DNA of 64,000 bases from an uncultured virus (IMG/VR IMGVR_UViG_3300037312_001617) (taxonomy: Duplodnaviria > Heunggongvirae > Uroviricota > Caudoviricetes). The notes under the pieces are model-generated. The model was not told the origin of the DNA, did no database searches, and saw nothing but the letters and a program-made list of their open reading frames with translations. Every line of letters begins with the position of its first letter. Position 1 is the stretch's first letter. A program made the translations under genes and the position numbers. Where the stretch lies: positions 1 through 64,000 of IMG/VR virus record IMGVR_UViG_3300037312_001617. The stretch is one strand, 5' to 3'. This document shows positions 20,516-30,540 of the stretch, piece by piece.

Positions 20516-20887
20516 TTATTTCACCTCGGTTACATTAATGAGGGAATGAGTGAGTGGACTGGGGATGAGTAGACAGATACTTACGTCTTGTATTGAGTTG
20601 TCAAAGGACGGTTGAGGCGAGCAGTTGAGATGGGTTGCCGCGCCCCCAAAATGGGTGAAGTTTAGAAGAAATCTGTTCCCGATGAATACCAAATTTGAAA
20701 TTTGGTCTTCACGGAAAAGAATTGAAATTTCCTCTTGATGTCAGTATAGCCTAATAATGGTAATTTTGGCAAGGACTTTTTGAGAAATTTATGCGGAATC
20801 TTTTTAGGTATTTTCTGCACAAATTTCTCATATGATTCATTATATATTCCACAATAAAATCTCATTAGGACAGAAGGGGTGCTTGTC

Positions 20888-21034
20888 ATGTCAAAAAAGC
20901 AGCGTTTTTTCATTGAAGAAAGGATCAAATTTATGGAGCTGTGTGTTCAAATTGCCAAAACATCAGAGGATGTTGAGTACTTTACGATGGAATTATTTAA
21001 CCTTCAAAGAAGAATTATTGGCAGCCAGGGATGA
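20888..21034 (+). CDS. Small protein (48 aa, MSKKQRFFIEERIKF...), paralogue of 53862..54020
   Basis: Hand-translated; AAGGGGTG RBS. Confidence 0.6.
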   Translation: MSKKQRFFIEERIKFMELCVQIAKTSEDVEYFTMELFNLQRRIIGSQG

Positions 21035-21080
21035 ATGATCTGGAAGAGATGTTGAGAAAAGGTACCAGTCTATTGTTCAT

Positions 21081-21139
21081 GTATACAAAAAAGCATACAT
21101 AAATGTATACAAATCCCAACGCATACAATTTTGTATACA
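21081..21139. repeat. Five G(T/C)ATACA boxes upstream of parM (centromere/operator-like)
   Basis: Copies at 21081, 21093, 21105, 21121, 21133. Confidence 0.6.
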
Positions 21140-21173
21140 TTTAAATTTAAAAAAACGAGAGGATTGATTTTTC

Positions 21174-22316
21174 ATGGTAAACCGGATTGCTGCTATTGAT
21201 GTTGGAAATGATTCTATAAAAGCTATTTTTGGAAATTTAGAGTACGAATTGAATATCCCAAATATCATCGCAAGGGATACAGCGGAACGTCCAATCATCG
21301 GGATCGAGGAGATAAATAGTAAAAATCCATTGGAGGGTATTCACGTTAAAGTCGTTTCTCCAGCATTAAAAGAAAACAATATGATCTATCGTGTGGGGAA
21401 TTTAGCAACTAAAAGTGATAATGCAACGGAGCTAGATCCTGGGAGCTGTAAATCAGATGAGGACCAAACATTGGTGATGTTATTTACGACTCTTGCTTTA
21501 GATGCAGTAAGAGAAGAAAATTTCAATCAGTTTAAACGGTCTGAAAATATCGTTAATGCTCATTACACATTAGGAACCGGTCTTCCTCTTCGTGAAATAA
21601 AAGAAGGGAAAGATGTAAGTTATCGGTCGAGATTACTTGAGTCCACTCACCAGATTGAGTTTCTTGTTACGCCAAAATATCAGGGATTAAAGGTTAATAT
21701 TAGATTCAATGAAGTAAAAGTCTATCCAGAAGGATTTGCAGCCTTTATCAATCTTGTTATGGATCATGACTTAAAAATTATTAATAAGGAATTAATTGAT
21801 AAACGAATTTTGATTCAGGATATAGGTGGCTTATCTACAGATATTGCTGTTATTAAAAACCGCAATGTAGATGACGATAAAGCACAAGGTTTTAACCTGG
21901 GGGTATCAGAGGCATTGGAAGCAATCAGAGAGGAAATTAGAATTCAGCATGGGGTTGAATTAGACAGTCGCAGGGATGTAGTTGAACTCCTAACCAGAAA
22001 ACAGGATCGCCATCACATTATGGTCAAAGGAAAAAAAACGAGTGTTCACCCTATCGTTGATCGCATTCTCATGGATTTAGCGAAAAAGGAATACCGACTC
22101 TTACGTAATATCTGGGCAAAGAACTCTCAAACGGAAGTCTGTTATTTTGTCGGTGGCGGTGCTAACATCCTAAAGGATTATTTGAAGACGATAAACAGTA
22201 ATTTAGATGACTACAACATTGAGTTTTTCGATGATGAAAAAGAAAGTATTTGGATGATGGCCAATGCTTATTCTAAATTAATAAAGGAATACTCTAGAAG
22301 ACAAAAAAAGAAATAA
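21174..22316 (+). CDS. parM: ParM/StbA family actin-like ATPase
   Basis: AIDVGNDSIK, GTGLP, YPEG, DIGGLSTD, VGGGA actin-fold motifs. Confidence 0.9.
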   Translation: MVNRIAAIDVGNDSIKAIFGNLEYELNIPNIIARDTAERPIIGIEEINSKNPLEGIHVKVVSPALKENNMIYRVGNLATKSDNATELDPGSCKSDEDQTLVMLFTTLALDAVREENFNQFKRSENIVNAHYTLGTGLPLREIKEGKDVSYRSRLLESTHQIEFLVTPKYQGLKVNIRFNEVKVYPEGFAAFINLVMDHDLKIINKELIDKRILIQDIGGLSTDIAVIKNRNVDDDKAQGFNLGVSEALEAIREEIRIQHGVELDSRRDVVELLTRKQDRHHIMVKGKKTSVHPIVDRILMDLAKKEYRLLRNIWAKNSQTEVCYFVGGGANILKDYLKTINSNLDDYNIEFFDDEKESIWMMANAYSKLIKEYSRRQKKK

Positions 22317-22395
22317 ACATTAAGGATCGCCAGATGGCGGTCTTTTTTTTGATACAATATAGTAAAATAGTCCTATTGAAAAAGGATGTGGAATT

Positions 22396-24246
22396 GTGAA
22401 ATTCAATAACCTGCATGATATGGAGGAATTCATTTCTAATTTGAGTTCGGGGAGTGGAGGTATCCAAATCGATGATGAATCCACTACCAGTACGATTGAA
22501 ACCTGGTCAGCGAAAAAAATAGCGACTGAGATATCGACGATAAAGAATGATACAGCGAATCTAACCAGCGGAATGACTAACATACGACAATACAATGTGT
22601 TAGGAGACGATTCTATTGGTGACAGTGACACCATTCAAGCAATGATTAACCAAAAGCGTCAAGAGATTTTGACGTTTGGGTTTTCTAAACAGAATACCGT
22701 GGATGTTCCAAGTGGTAAGTACATTATTGATAAGGAGATAAAAATGTCCCCTTATTTGAAATTAAAAGCATTGGGTAACGTGGAATTTGAGTTGCAGTTT
22801 AATGGGACCGCTTTTTGGATCTCACCTAGTATTGGAGATCCCATCTATGGCAACAACGATGCGACTAAGCCGATTCATTTGCGCAAAAACGTTTGGACAC
22901 GTGGAAAGTATTTTGACGGTTCAAATGGAACATTTACGTTTACAACCACCTTGAACAATGATTCGACTGGCAATAATACGATTGCAATTGAAATTGGGGA
23001 TCGTGACATTGCCAGCAATCAAGCTCTACCTGTTTCGAGATATGTAATTGAGAATGCCAATGTGTATGGGCTTCATGCGGCAATTAAACATAACTCTATC
23101 AATAATTACATTGGAACTTTCAAACACTGTCATTGGGAACTGAACAATCACGCCATTTGGGTAACCAGTCCGACGCCAGGAAAGCAGTACAATTCGGGAG
23201 AAAACTTCAATTACGACAACTGTATTATTGCTGGATGCAAGAAACCTGCTGTATATGTAGATGCTGCCGGCCATGACCAGACGTTTAATCATTGTTCCTT
23301 CGACTTCAACAGCTCCCCCCTCTTTTATTCCACTCATTCAGGAGTGAGCACAAGATTGGATCATTGCTACATTGAAAAAGTAGGTGATTGGTTTGGAGTA
23401 GGCGAGCAGTTGATTTATAAAGCCGAGTCCACCTTGGATGCGGAGAGCTGGGGGAGAAATTCGTTCTACATCAACAACTTGATTGTCTACTTAAAACGTC
23501 CAACCAAACTTTTCACGAATCTGCCCAACCCATCTGGCGGTCGAATCAGACTCTATTTAGATATTGATGGGATGGAGACGAGATATGACAACTATGATCC
23601 ATACGATATTGACAACCGGTTCATGGTGGACGATGAGAACGAGAATATTCGTTTGATATCCCGTAAAGTTATCAATACGAATTCGATTGCCAAAAACCAT
23701 GTATCGAGGAGCGGGAATCTCGTAAGAAATGGCGATTTTGAGGAATCGATGGTGGGAACCTATTTGACAATGGCCAATAAGGAAGCGGACGGGTCTTGGT
23801 ATTGCTCCTATCATGACAGTGTAACCGGCCCCATTATCACCCAAGAAGGATTAAAGGGTTCTAAGTGCCTCCGATACAATATCGTTCGCCCGGACAACGT
23901 GTTAAAAGTCGAATATAAGGGTTTGATTCCCGTGGAACCCGGGGAAATGCTTAATCTATCTGCTCTCTTTTTGTTAGATAAAGTGAGTGCCAGGAACGAG
24001 ATTAAGTATCGATTCAGTTGGTATGATGCCATGGGTAACTGGATGTACGATTTTGACTATTTGGAAATATTTAGTGAAAGCAGTGATGTGACGGCACAAG
24101 ACGGAACTAAATTCCGAACGTCTAGAAGTCACGCCCTGCTCTTTGTCCCAAAATACGCAGCAAAGGTCAAACCTGCCGTTATTACTGGAAACATCGATGC
24201 TGACTATATCCTCATCGATGACATCCACTTTTCAAAATCTAAATAA
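22396..24246 (+). CDS. Tailspike/pre-neck-appendage-like beta-helix protein with C-terminal carbohydrate-binding module
   Basis: IDD.ST...TWSAKKI head, NIRQYNVLGD..VPSGKY, GENFNYDNC..CSFDFN, NLVRNGDFE. Confidence 0.75.
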   Translation: MKFNNLHDMEEFISNLSSGSGGIQIDDESTTSTIETWSAKKIATEISTIKNDTANLTSGMTNIRQYNVLGDDSIGDSDTIQAMINQKRQEILTFGFSKQNTVDVPSGKYIIDKEIKMSPYLKLKALGNVEFELQFNGTAFWISPSIGDPIYGNNDATKPIHLRKNVWTRGKYFDGSNGTFTFTTTLNNDSTGNNTIAIEIGDRDIASNQALPVSRYVIENANVYGLHAAIKHNSINNYIGTFKHCHWELNNHAIWVTSPTPGKQYNSGENFNYDNCIIAGCKKPAVYVDAAGHDQTFNHCSFDFNSSPLFYSTHSGVSTRLDHCYIEKVGDWFGVGEQLIYKAESTLDAESWGRNSFYINNLIVYLKRPTKLFTNLPNPSGGRIRLYLDIDGMETRYDNYDPYDIDNRFMVDDENENIRLISRKVINTNSIAKNHVSRSGNLVRNGDFEESMVGTYLTMANKEADGSWYCSYHDSVTGPIITQEGLKGSKCLRYNIVRPDNVLKVEYKGLIPVEPGEMLNLSALFLLDKVSARNEIKYRFSWYDAMGNWMYDFDYLEIFSESSDVTAQDGTKFRTSRSHALLFVPKYAAKVKPAVITGNIDADYILIDDIHFSKSK

Positions 24247-24404
24247 AAACAACAACCAATAGGGGTGAGCGTTCATGGAAAGAGAAGGTTCGTTTGCAGT
24301 AGGATGTTTTTGGGGAATTTTGATTTCCATTCCGTTGTGGATCATCTTGTTTGGTTTAGTTGCTTTAATAGATTAACAGAAAAAGAAGCCCCGAGGGGCT
24401 TCTT

Positions 24405-24539
24405 CTATTTGATTAAATCAATTCGACCTTTTAGGGTTAGGTACGCATCAATGCCTTTTTTTAATTCTGGGCGTTTGACAATGACCTCAAGATAAGTGAA
24501 TGCGCCATCGATGATCCGCTGTCCCATATATTCCGCCAT
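24405..24539 (-). CDS. Small phage tail-associated protein (44 aa, MAEYMGQRIIDG...; XkdX-position)
   Basis: Hand-translated; TGATG-coupled to upstream gene; ends in terminator at about 24380-24405. Confidence 0.6.
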   Translation of the reverse strand: MAEYMGQRIIDGAFTYLEVIVKRPELKKGIDAYLTLKGRIDLIK

Positions 24540-24820
24540 CAGCTCATTCCCCCCATGATCATGTCGTCGAGCGCCTTCTGGACGAGGGTGAGTCTTTCTT
24601 CCAAGCTCGGCTTACTCAAACGCTGTTGGCGTTCTTTGATAAGAAGCGCCTCGTACACGTTATCTCTGACTAACTGTTTTCTCTGGTAACGAAACACCAG
24701 AGGATTCCTTAATACTTCGTGGTCTTCCACGACCTCCACTTCAATTTCCTGTTCCATGCTGCGTGTCGTGGCAATACCGACGACACGTCCCTCTTCCTGC
24801 ACGTGGATATATGCTTTCAT
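24539..24820 (-). CDS. Tail fibre assembly-like protein (DUF2977/XkdW position)
   Basis: Follows fibre gene; PSLEERL..VQKALDD ending. Confidence 0.6.
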   Translation of the reverse strand: MKAYIHVQEEGRVVGIATTRSMEQEIEVEVVEDHEVLRNPLVFRYQRKQLVRDNVYEALLIKERQQRLSKPSLEERLTLVQKALDDMIMGGMS

Positions 24821-24833
24821 GTTCCTTCCCCCT

Positions 24834-26873
24834 TTACCATTCGATGACCTGACGAAGAGTAACGTCGACTGTTCCGTTACTCATCATGTTGTTTGTTGCA
24901 ATTCCTGTGAGTTTTTCGTTATAGACATTGATTAGTTTGATGGTTAGCGCCGCACCGTTGGTATTTAAATAGCTACTAACAGAAAATGCGTGTAATTTGC
25001 CATTATAGGCTTCAGCAGCATATTTCGGTATGACGGTATAGTTGAAATCATAATCATTATAGGAAGCACCGAAGTCGTAATCACTCCAGACCAAGATCCA
25101 TCCGTTCCGGCAATCAGACAATTTTTTGGTTGGAACCACTTCTGCAACCGTTCCTGGGGATACTTCTCCCATTAGATTATTGCCTGACCACAGGACATTG
25201 GTCTTGTTGATGGTATAATCACCTCTCCAGTTCGAAGCATTCGCATACACAGGAGCCGTTGCCACCCAGCTGATATAGTTCGACCCCACCCGGCAGTTGT
25301 TACAATTGTTATTGATTCCGATGCCATAACGTGGTCGGTTATTTAATTTCGAGTCAATGTAATTATCGTCCATTTCAATGCTGTCGCTATAAACGAGACC
25401 GATGGCATCGCGGGTATTATCGGATTGATAAGCGATGTTGTTTAAACGATTTCCCCTGATGCTTCCGCCCTTCGAATAGGACATATAGATACCCGTATAA
25501 GGGATATTTGCAAGCGTATTGTTGCGGATGTTGACGTACCCTGTATATCCTAGATTTTTAAAAGTATCATCCAGTTCCGATACATAAATTCCTTCATATT
25601 GCGTGGATTCGATTCTATTATTCTCTACCGTTGCATTTAAGCAGTTATAGAGGACTACACCCCGTTGTACATCGCTTAACTGATTGTCCCGAACAACCAC
25701 GTTTTTCGCCCACGTCATCTGAATCGCATTTCCTGTGGACTTTATGCTGTCTGGTTGTACATCCGGAGCAGCCCCTCGATCGAATGTATTGTTGGTAAAG
25801 CGGATATTATCCCAATAGCCAATACCGTTTGTTCCAGCCCACCCTCTTAATACGAATGTAGAAGATATAGTACCTACAAAGTGATTTTCTGTAACGTTCA
25901 TATACGAACCACTTTGGGGTTCTTTGTCGGCATGTACCATATCTTTTGTAGCGGGATCATACACCCAAGTTTGGAAACCATCATCTGCAGAACAAAGAAT
26001 ATCATTTTTACAGCCAATAAACGTATTTCCTGACACTTTGCAGTTTTTAAATTTGAAGTTCCGAATCCCTGCGTAAGTCATCCCCTCAAACGTATTATTG
26101 ATGATTTTTACGTCCTCCACATATTCATCATGAACAGAGGAATGATTTCCAATTCCAGTTGCTACGGGCCCCATGCCAGCCGTACCGCTCGAACCAAAAT
26201 AACAGTTTTGTATGGTTATATTTTTGACGGATTTCCCGCTAAAATCACCGGTGCCTCCTGACCCTAGTTTGGTAAAAGGAGCTATCTGGATGGCTTCGGC
26301 ATAGTCCCTTGATTGATCAGTGGTGGCATCTTTATAGCCCAAAAAATTACAGTTATCTATAAGAACATTTTCAAGCGAGGCTAGATCAAGGGAATGGTTA
26401 GACTTTACATCCTTGAAGGTGATATTACGGAACGTGATATCACGACCCCGTGTAAAAGCAAACATGTTATAACTAGTGGAGTCAGGACCGGAGAGGACAT
26501 TGCCATCCCAAGTTCCTCCTTCAATGGTGATATTTCCATGCCCTGAATAAGAATCTGTTGGATCTGTAAGCGTGTCAGCGTTACTTGGATAATTGGCTAA
26601 AAACGAACCTCTTACAAATCCACGAAGCATCCGCGCATTTTGGTGAAGGATCAGCTGCACATTTCTTTTGATGAGCAACTGAGAACCAATCAAATAATAT
26701 CCATCAGGTACTAAGACGGTGCCCCCGCCTCTAGAAAAAGCTAAGTCCAAGGCTTTTTGGAGAATTGGACCGTCATTAGAGATCCCATCCCCCATCGCAC
26801 CAAGTGTCTTCACGTTGATTTCCTGGTCTTCTAAAATTCTAAACCGTTTCGTAATGGAACCTGAAAAGCCCAT
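24834..26873 (-). CDS. Pectate-lyase-like beta-helix depolymerase with phage receptor-binding C-terminal head
   Basis: NVKTLGAMGDGISND..VPDGYY; parallel beta-helix repeats; LWSG..PTKKLSDCRNGWILVWSDY. Confidence 0.85.
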   Translation of the reverse strand: MGFSGSITKRFRILEDQEINVKTLGAMGDGISNDGPILQKALDLAFSRGGGTVLVPDGYYLIGSQLLIKRNVQLILHQNARMLRGFVRGSFLANYPSNADTLTDPTDSYSGHGNITIEGGTWDGNVLSGPDSTSYNMFAFTRGRDITFRNITFKDVKSNHSLDLASLENVLIDNCNFLGYKDATTDQSRDYAEAIQIAPFTKLGSGGTGDFSGKSVKNITIQNCYFGSSGTAGMGPVATGIGNHSSVHDEYVEDVKIINNTFEGMTYAGIRNFKFKNCKVSGNTFIGCKNDILCSADDGFQTWVYDPATKDMVHADKEPQSGSYMNVTENHFVGTISSTFVLRGWAGTNGIGYWDNIRFTNNTFDRGAAPDVQPDSIKSTGNAIQMTWAKNVVVRDNQLSDVQRGVVLYNCLNATVENNRIESTQYEGIYVSELDDTFKNLGYTGYVNIRNNTLANIPYTGIYMSYSKGGSIRGNRLNNIAYQSDNTRDAIGLVYSDSIEMDDNYIDSKLNNRPRYGIGINNNCNNCRVGSNYISWVATAPVYANASNWRGDYTINKTNVLWSGNNLMGEVSPGTVAEVVPTKKLSDCRNGWILVWSDYDFGASYNDYDFNYTVIPKYAAEAYNGKLHAFSVSSYLNTNGAALTIKLINVYNEKLTGIATNNMMSNGTVDVTLRQVIEW

Positions 26874-26890
26874 AAAATGTCACCTCCCTA

Positions 26891-27157
26891 TTAATCAAAA
26901 ATAATGTCTTCCCAAAGAATGTGTAGTAGTTCCGGCCGTATCTCGATGAATTTGATTTCGTTTGCATAGTTTTGCATGTTCGTCAACTGATACTGGGTAT
27001 CTTCCCGGATTCCGAAATTCTTAATGGATAACAATCTCCACTCATTTGCTAGCTTATAATGCATATACACCATCACTTCACACGAATCGCAGTATTTACC
27101 GCAGAGATCAACCAGTTCAGTGAACCTCATTGGCGTACCTGGTACATAATCCACCAT
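26891..27157 (-). CDS. Hypothetical protein
   Basis: AGGAGG RBS. Confidence 0.6.
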   Translation of the reverse strand: MVDYVPGTPMRFTELVDLCGKYCDSCEVMVYMHYKLANEWRLLSIKNFGIREDTQYQLTNMQNYANEIKFIEIRPELLHILWEDIIFD

Positions 27158-27283
27158 GCATATCCCTCCTAATCTGTGATTTTACAAGACTTATTACCTA
27201 TAATTGTAGCATGTTATGAAATCATAATCCTGAAAACTTGGTATAATCAAACTAAGACAAATTTCCTATAAGGAGGGAATAGA

Positions 27284-30200
27284 ATGCTGATACCTAACGG
27301 TTTGACGTTGCAGATAAAGAACCTTGAGCTCATCAATCGGGCGCTTGGGGATCAAGTACTCGAACTTAATGAAACGACGTATATAAACTTTCTGACGACC
27401 ATGCAATTGCGTAAGGCGATTGTCTTGCATAACAACAAAAAGATTGTCATTCTGACGCCTATCCCACAATCGGTATTGGACTTGTTGGAAGAACCGGAAA
27501 TTCCTTATGAAGATGACCCCGATCCGGCAATCAGTTTGTTTTATCGGGATGAATTTTTAAAATACAAAGCAGAAATTGAATCGGACTATGCACTAAAATC
27601 TTGGGTCGAGGAACGCATTGTAGAAGTGAACACGGGGGGAACGGTTGATATCTCCTCTAAGGCGGATAAGACATACGTGGACACGCAGCTTTCTAAGAAA
27701 ACGGATAAAACCTACGTGGACGCGGAACTCTCCAAGAAAACGGACAAAGGGTATGTGGATGGTGAAGTAGCGAAAAAGATTGATAAAGCCTATGTGGACA
27801 ATGCGCTCTCTGCGAAGACCGACAAGACTTACGTCGATGGCAAACTGGCAGAAAAATCTGATACGACCGTTGTCGAAGCCAAAGCAGATAAAACATATGT
27901 CGATAAGGAGTTAGAGCTAAAAGCCTCCAAAACGTATGTGGAGAACCGTATCATTGAAGTCAATTCAGGCGGCACAATTGATGTCTCCCATCTGGCTCAA
28001 AAAACTTATGTGGATACCGAATTAGAAAAAAAAGCCGATATCTCATATGTGGACAACCAAGTAGCATCTAAATCGATTTATTATGAAGGGGCGACTCCTC
28101 CAGAGGATACAAACCTGATTTGGGTCGATACCAGCGATGAGGACATCGATGAGGTTATGAAGACCGACTTGGGGAATGAAATCAAGAATACAGTCGCTGC
28201 TATTAAAACAAAGGTGGATGCGCTTGAATATGCCTTGGATTATGAACTCGATCCGGGTTATTTCAAAGGGATACGGCCTGGTTCCGATGGAACATCGACA
28301 AACACTGATCCCAACGCACCTGATTTAGGGGATGGCGCAGAAGGAACCGTTGGGCACATCCTCGTCAAAAGAGGGTATAAGGCGGATATTGAAAACCTGC
28401 AAGAAGGGGAATTTGGTTTTTGCATTGATACGGAGGAGCTGTACATTGGAAACAAAGGAAGGTTGCGTCTGATTGCGAAGGTTGGAGGAACCGGCGGCAG
28501 TGGCGGAAGCGGAAATGTGACCGCCGATTACGTGGAACTAATCTCGGAGAGCGGTAAAAAATACCGATTATCCGTCAATGATGCGGGAGAGCCGATGATT
28601 TTAAGCACAGATGCCGCGACCATTAATCTTCCTGACCCAGCAGACCCTCTGAGCGCCGGTCGATTCCAAGGTTTGTTTATAAATAAGGTGTATGGCGGCG
28701 GTGCGAGGAATACCAACGATACAGTAGTTTCTCATAGCTTTATAGAATTATACAATTCAACCGAAGCAACGATGAATCTCCGGGGTTTATCCCTTCAATA
28801 TGGGGAGTACTTACAGCCGTGGAAAGTACTCGAATTGGAAGGAGAAATTAAGCCATACAGTTCATTTCTTGTAAGGTGCGCACAACATTCCGATCCGTAC
28901 CGTCGCTCTGTTCGATGCAAAGTATTCGACTTTGACATGGGATGGGACATTCCTATTTCGGACAATGGATTTAAGGTGTATCTATGTGTAGGAACAACGG
29001 CGTCCACTTATGTTAACCCTGCTAATACCGATGGACAAAAGACAAAAGCCCCTGGCTATATCAATTTGTTCGGTGTGGGGGGCGAAGACATCACCCGCCC
29101 GATTGACGGATTTGAAAAAGGATTCCTGCAACTGGTGAATAAAAATCGGATGATTAAACGCAAATATTCCGAGGATGTTATCTTTGCTTTTTCTAATACC
29201 GGGGACAATTCATATGATATCGATTATGTGGATATGAGAACTGCAGACCTGAATATGTACTCACCTCGTTCCAGCAAATTCGGTCAATGGGATTATGCGT
29301 ATGACCAGATTCCTTTGGATACATCAAGCCCGAACGTAATCAGCCTTAGTTTTGGCTACGACGGCGATACGACTCGTACCTTCACATGGCAATCCCAGCC
29401 AACTGATAAGGGGTATCTCAAATATAAGAGAAAGGGCGATCCTGATTGGATCACCGTCCCTTCGACCAAAAAATTCATTGCTCACCCAGACCATGTGGAT
29501 GTGACAGTTCATGGAGTGATTGTGAAAAATTTGGTACCCGGTACCACTTATGTATACAAAGCAGGGTACGAAGGGCATTGGAGCGATGAATATGAACATA
29601 CGGTCATAGATGCGAGAAGTACAAGCCGCCCAATCAAAATGGTGTGGACGACCGACCAGCAAAGTTGGAATGGGATGGAGTACACAGCATGGGCAAAAGC
29701 CAATGCCTATATCGAGAAAAATGAAACCTATGATTTCATCTTGAATAGTGGCGACCGCACCCAAAACGCAAACCGCTCCTTTGAATGGCGTGGTTACTTC
29801 GAATCAGCGAAACAAAATTTGGCCACCCACGTGGAGATGTCGACGGTTGGAAACAATGACTTGGTAGATAAGCTGTACAGTTATGCGTATTCCTATTACT
29901 CAACGATTGAAAACAGCCCATATCCTTCTGTTTATAGCTGGAATTATGGATATACCCACTTTATTTGTTTAGACTCGAACATCCTGACGGAACCATTGGA
30001 TCCCACCAAGTTCATTCGAGGAACCGCTGAACAAATTGAATTCGTTAAAGCAGATATGGCGAAACCGGAAAATCAAAAACGATGGGTAGTTGCGTTCATG
30101 CATGAATCCAGCTATACCATTGTAAGGGCGAAGAAGTGTGAACCGTTTATTGCTGCTCTTTATGATGCGGGAGTGGATGTCGTATTATGCGGTCACCATC

Positions 30201-30529
30201 ATTGTTACACTCGTTCTTATCGAATGGGTAAACTCAACGGCACAAAGGATGTTATTGATGATGCCAATGGCGTTTACTGGTTAATGATGCAGGCGACTGG
30301 CTATAAGTTAAGCGGGAAAACAGCTCCAGCCACAGTTGCCCCTTGGAGAGCGGTTTATGAAAAACCGGGTGATCCTTGCTATGGGACGCTCACGTTTTCT
30401 TGGGATAAGATTGAATACCATGCATATCGCCTGACAAACATCATGCCGCTCATCGATAACGTAGGCAAGGAAGTGGTTCCGATTGAGTTCGATTCGTTGA
30501 CCATCCTTCCAAAGGCGAATAGACGATAG
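27284..30529 (+). CDS. Fibre-like protein: KADKTYVD repeats + Mtd_N-like + lamin-tail domain + purple acid phosphatase
   Basis: 11-aa KxDKxYVD repeats; ILVKRG..LQEGEFGFCIDTEELYIG; INKVYGGG..FIELYN; FN3; TDQQ, SGD, GNND, MHE, GHHH metallophosphoesterase motifs. Confidence 0.82.
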   Translation: MLIPNGLTLQIKNLELINRALGDQVLELNETTYINFLTTMQLRKAIVLHNNKKIVILTPIPQSVLDLLEEPEIPYEDDPDPAISLFYRDEFLKYKAEIESDYALKSWVEERIVEVNTGGTVDISSKADKTYVDTQLSKKTDKTYVDAELSKKTDKGYVDGEVAKKIDKAYVDNALSAKTDKTYVDGKLAEKSDTTVVEAKADKTYVDKELELKASKTYVENRIIEVNSGGTIDVSHLAQKTYVDTELEKKADISYVDNQVASKSIYYEGATPPEDTNLIWVDTSDEDIDEVMKTDLGNEIKNTVAAIKTKVDALEYALDYELDPGYFKGIRPGSDGTSTNTDPNAPDLGDGAEGTVGHILVKRGYKADIENLQEGEFGFCIDTEELYIGNKGRLRLIAKVGGTGGSGGSGNVTADYVELISESGKKYRLSVNDAGEPMILSTDAATINLPDPADPLSAGRFQGLFINKVYGGGARNTNDTVVSHSFIELYNSTEATMNLRGLSLQYGEYLQPWKVLELEGEIKPYSSFLVRCAQHSDPYRRSVRCKVFDFDMGWDIPISDNGFKVYLCVGTTASTYVNPANTDGQKTKAPGYINLFGVGGEDITRPIDGFEKGFLQLVNKNRMIKRKYSEDVIFAFSNTGDNSYDIDYVDMRTADLNMYSPRSSKFGQWDYAYDQIPLDTSSPNVISLSFGYDGDTTRTFTWQSQPTDKGYLKYKRKGDPDWITVPSTKKFIAHPDHVDVTVHGVIVKNLVPGTTYVYKAGYEGHWSDEYEHTVIDARSTSRPIKMVWTTDQQSWNGMEYTAWAKANAYIEKNETYDFILNSGDRTQNANRSFEWRGYFESAKQNLATHVEMSTVGNNDLVDKLYSYAYSYYSTIENSPYPSVYSWNYGYTHFICLDSNILTEPLDPTKFIRGTAEQIEFVKADMAKPENQKRWVVAFMHESSYTIVRAKKCEPFIAALYDAGVDVVLCGHHHCYTRSYRMGKLNGTKDVIDDANGVYWLMMQATGYKLSGKTAPATVAPWRAVYEKPGDPCYGTLTFSWDKIEYHAYRLTNIMPLIDNVGKEVVPIEFDSLTILPKANRR

Positions 30530-30540
30530 GAGGAGAGTAC

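Noticed and set aside
27655..28060. 33-bp periodic repeats resembling a CRISPR array
   Set aside because: Degenerate coding repeats (KxDKxYVD); no spacers or cas genes.
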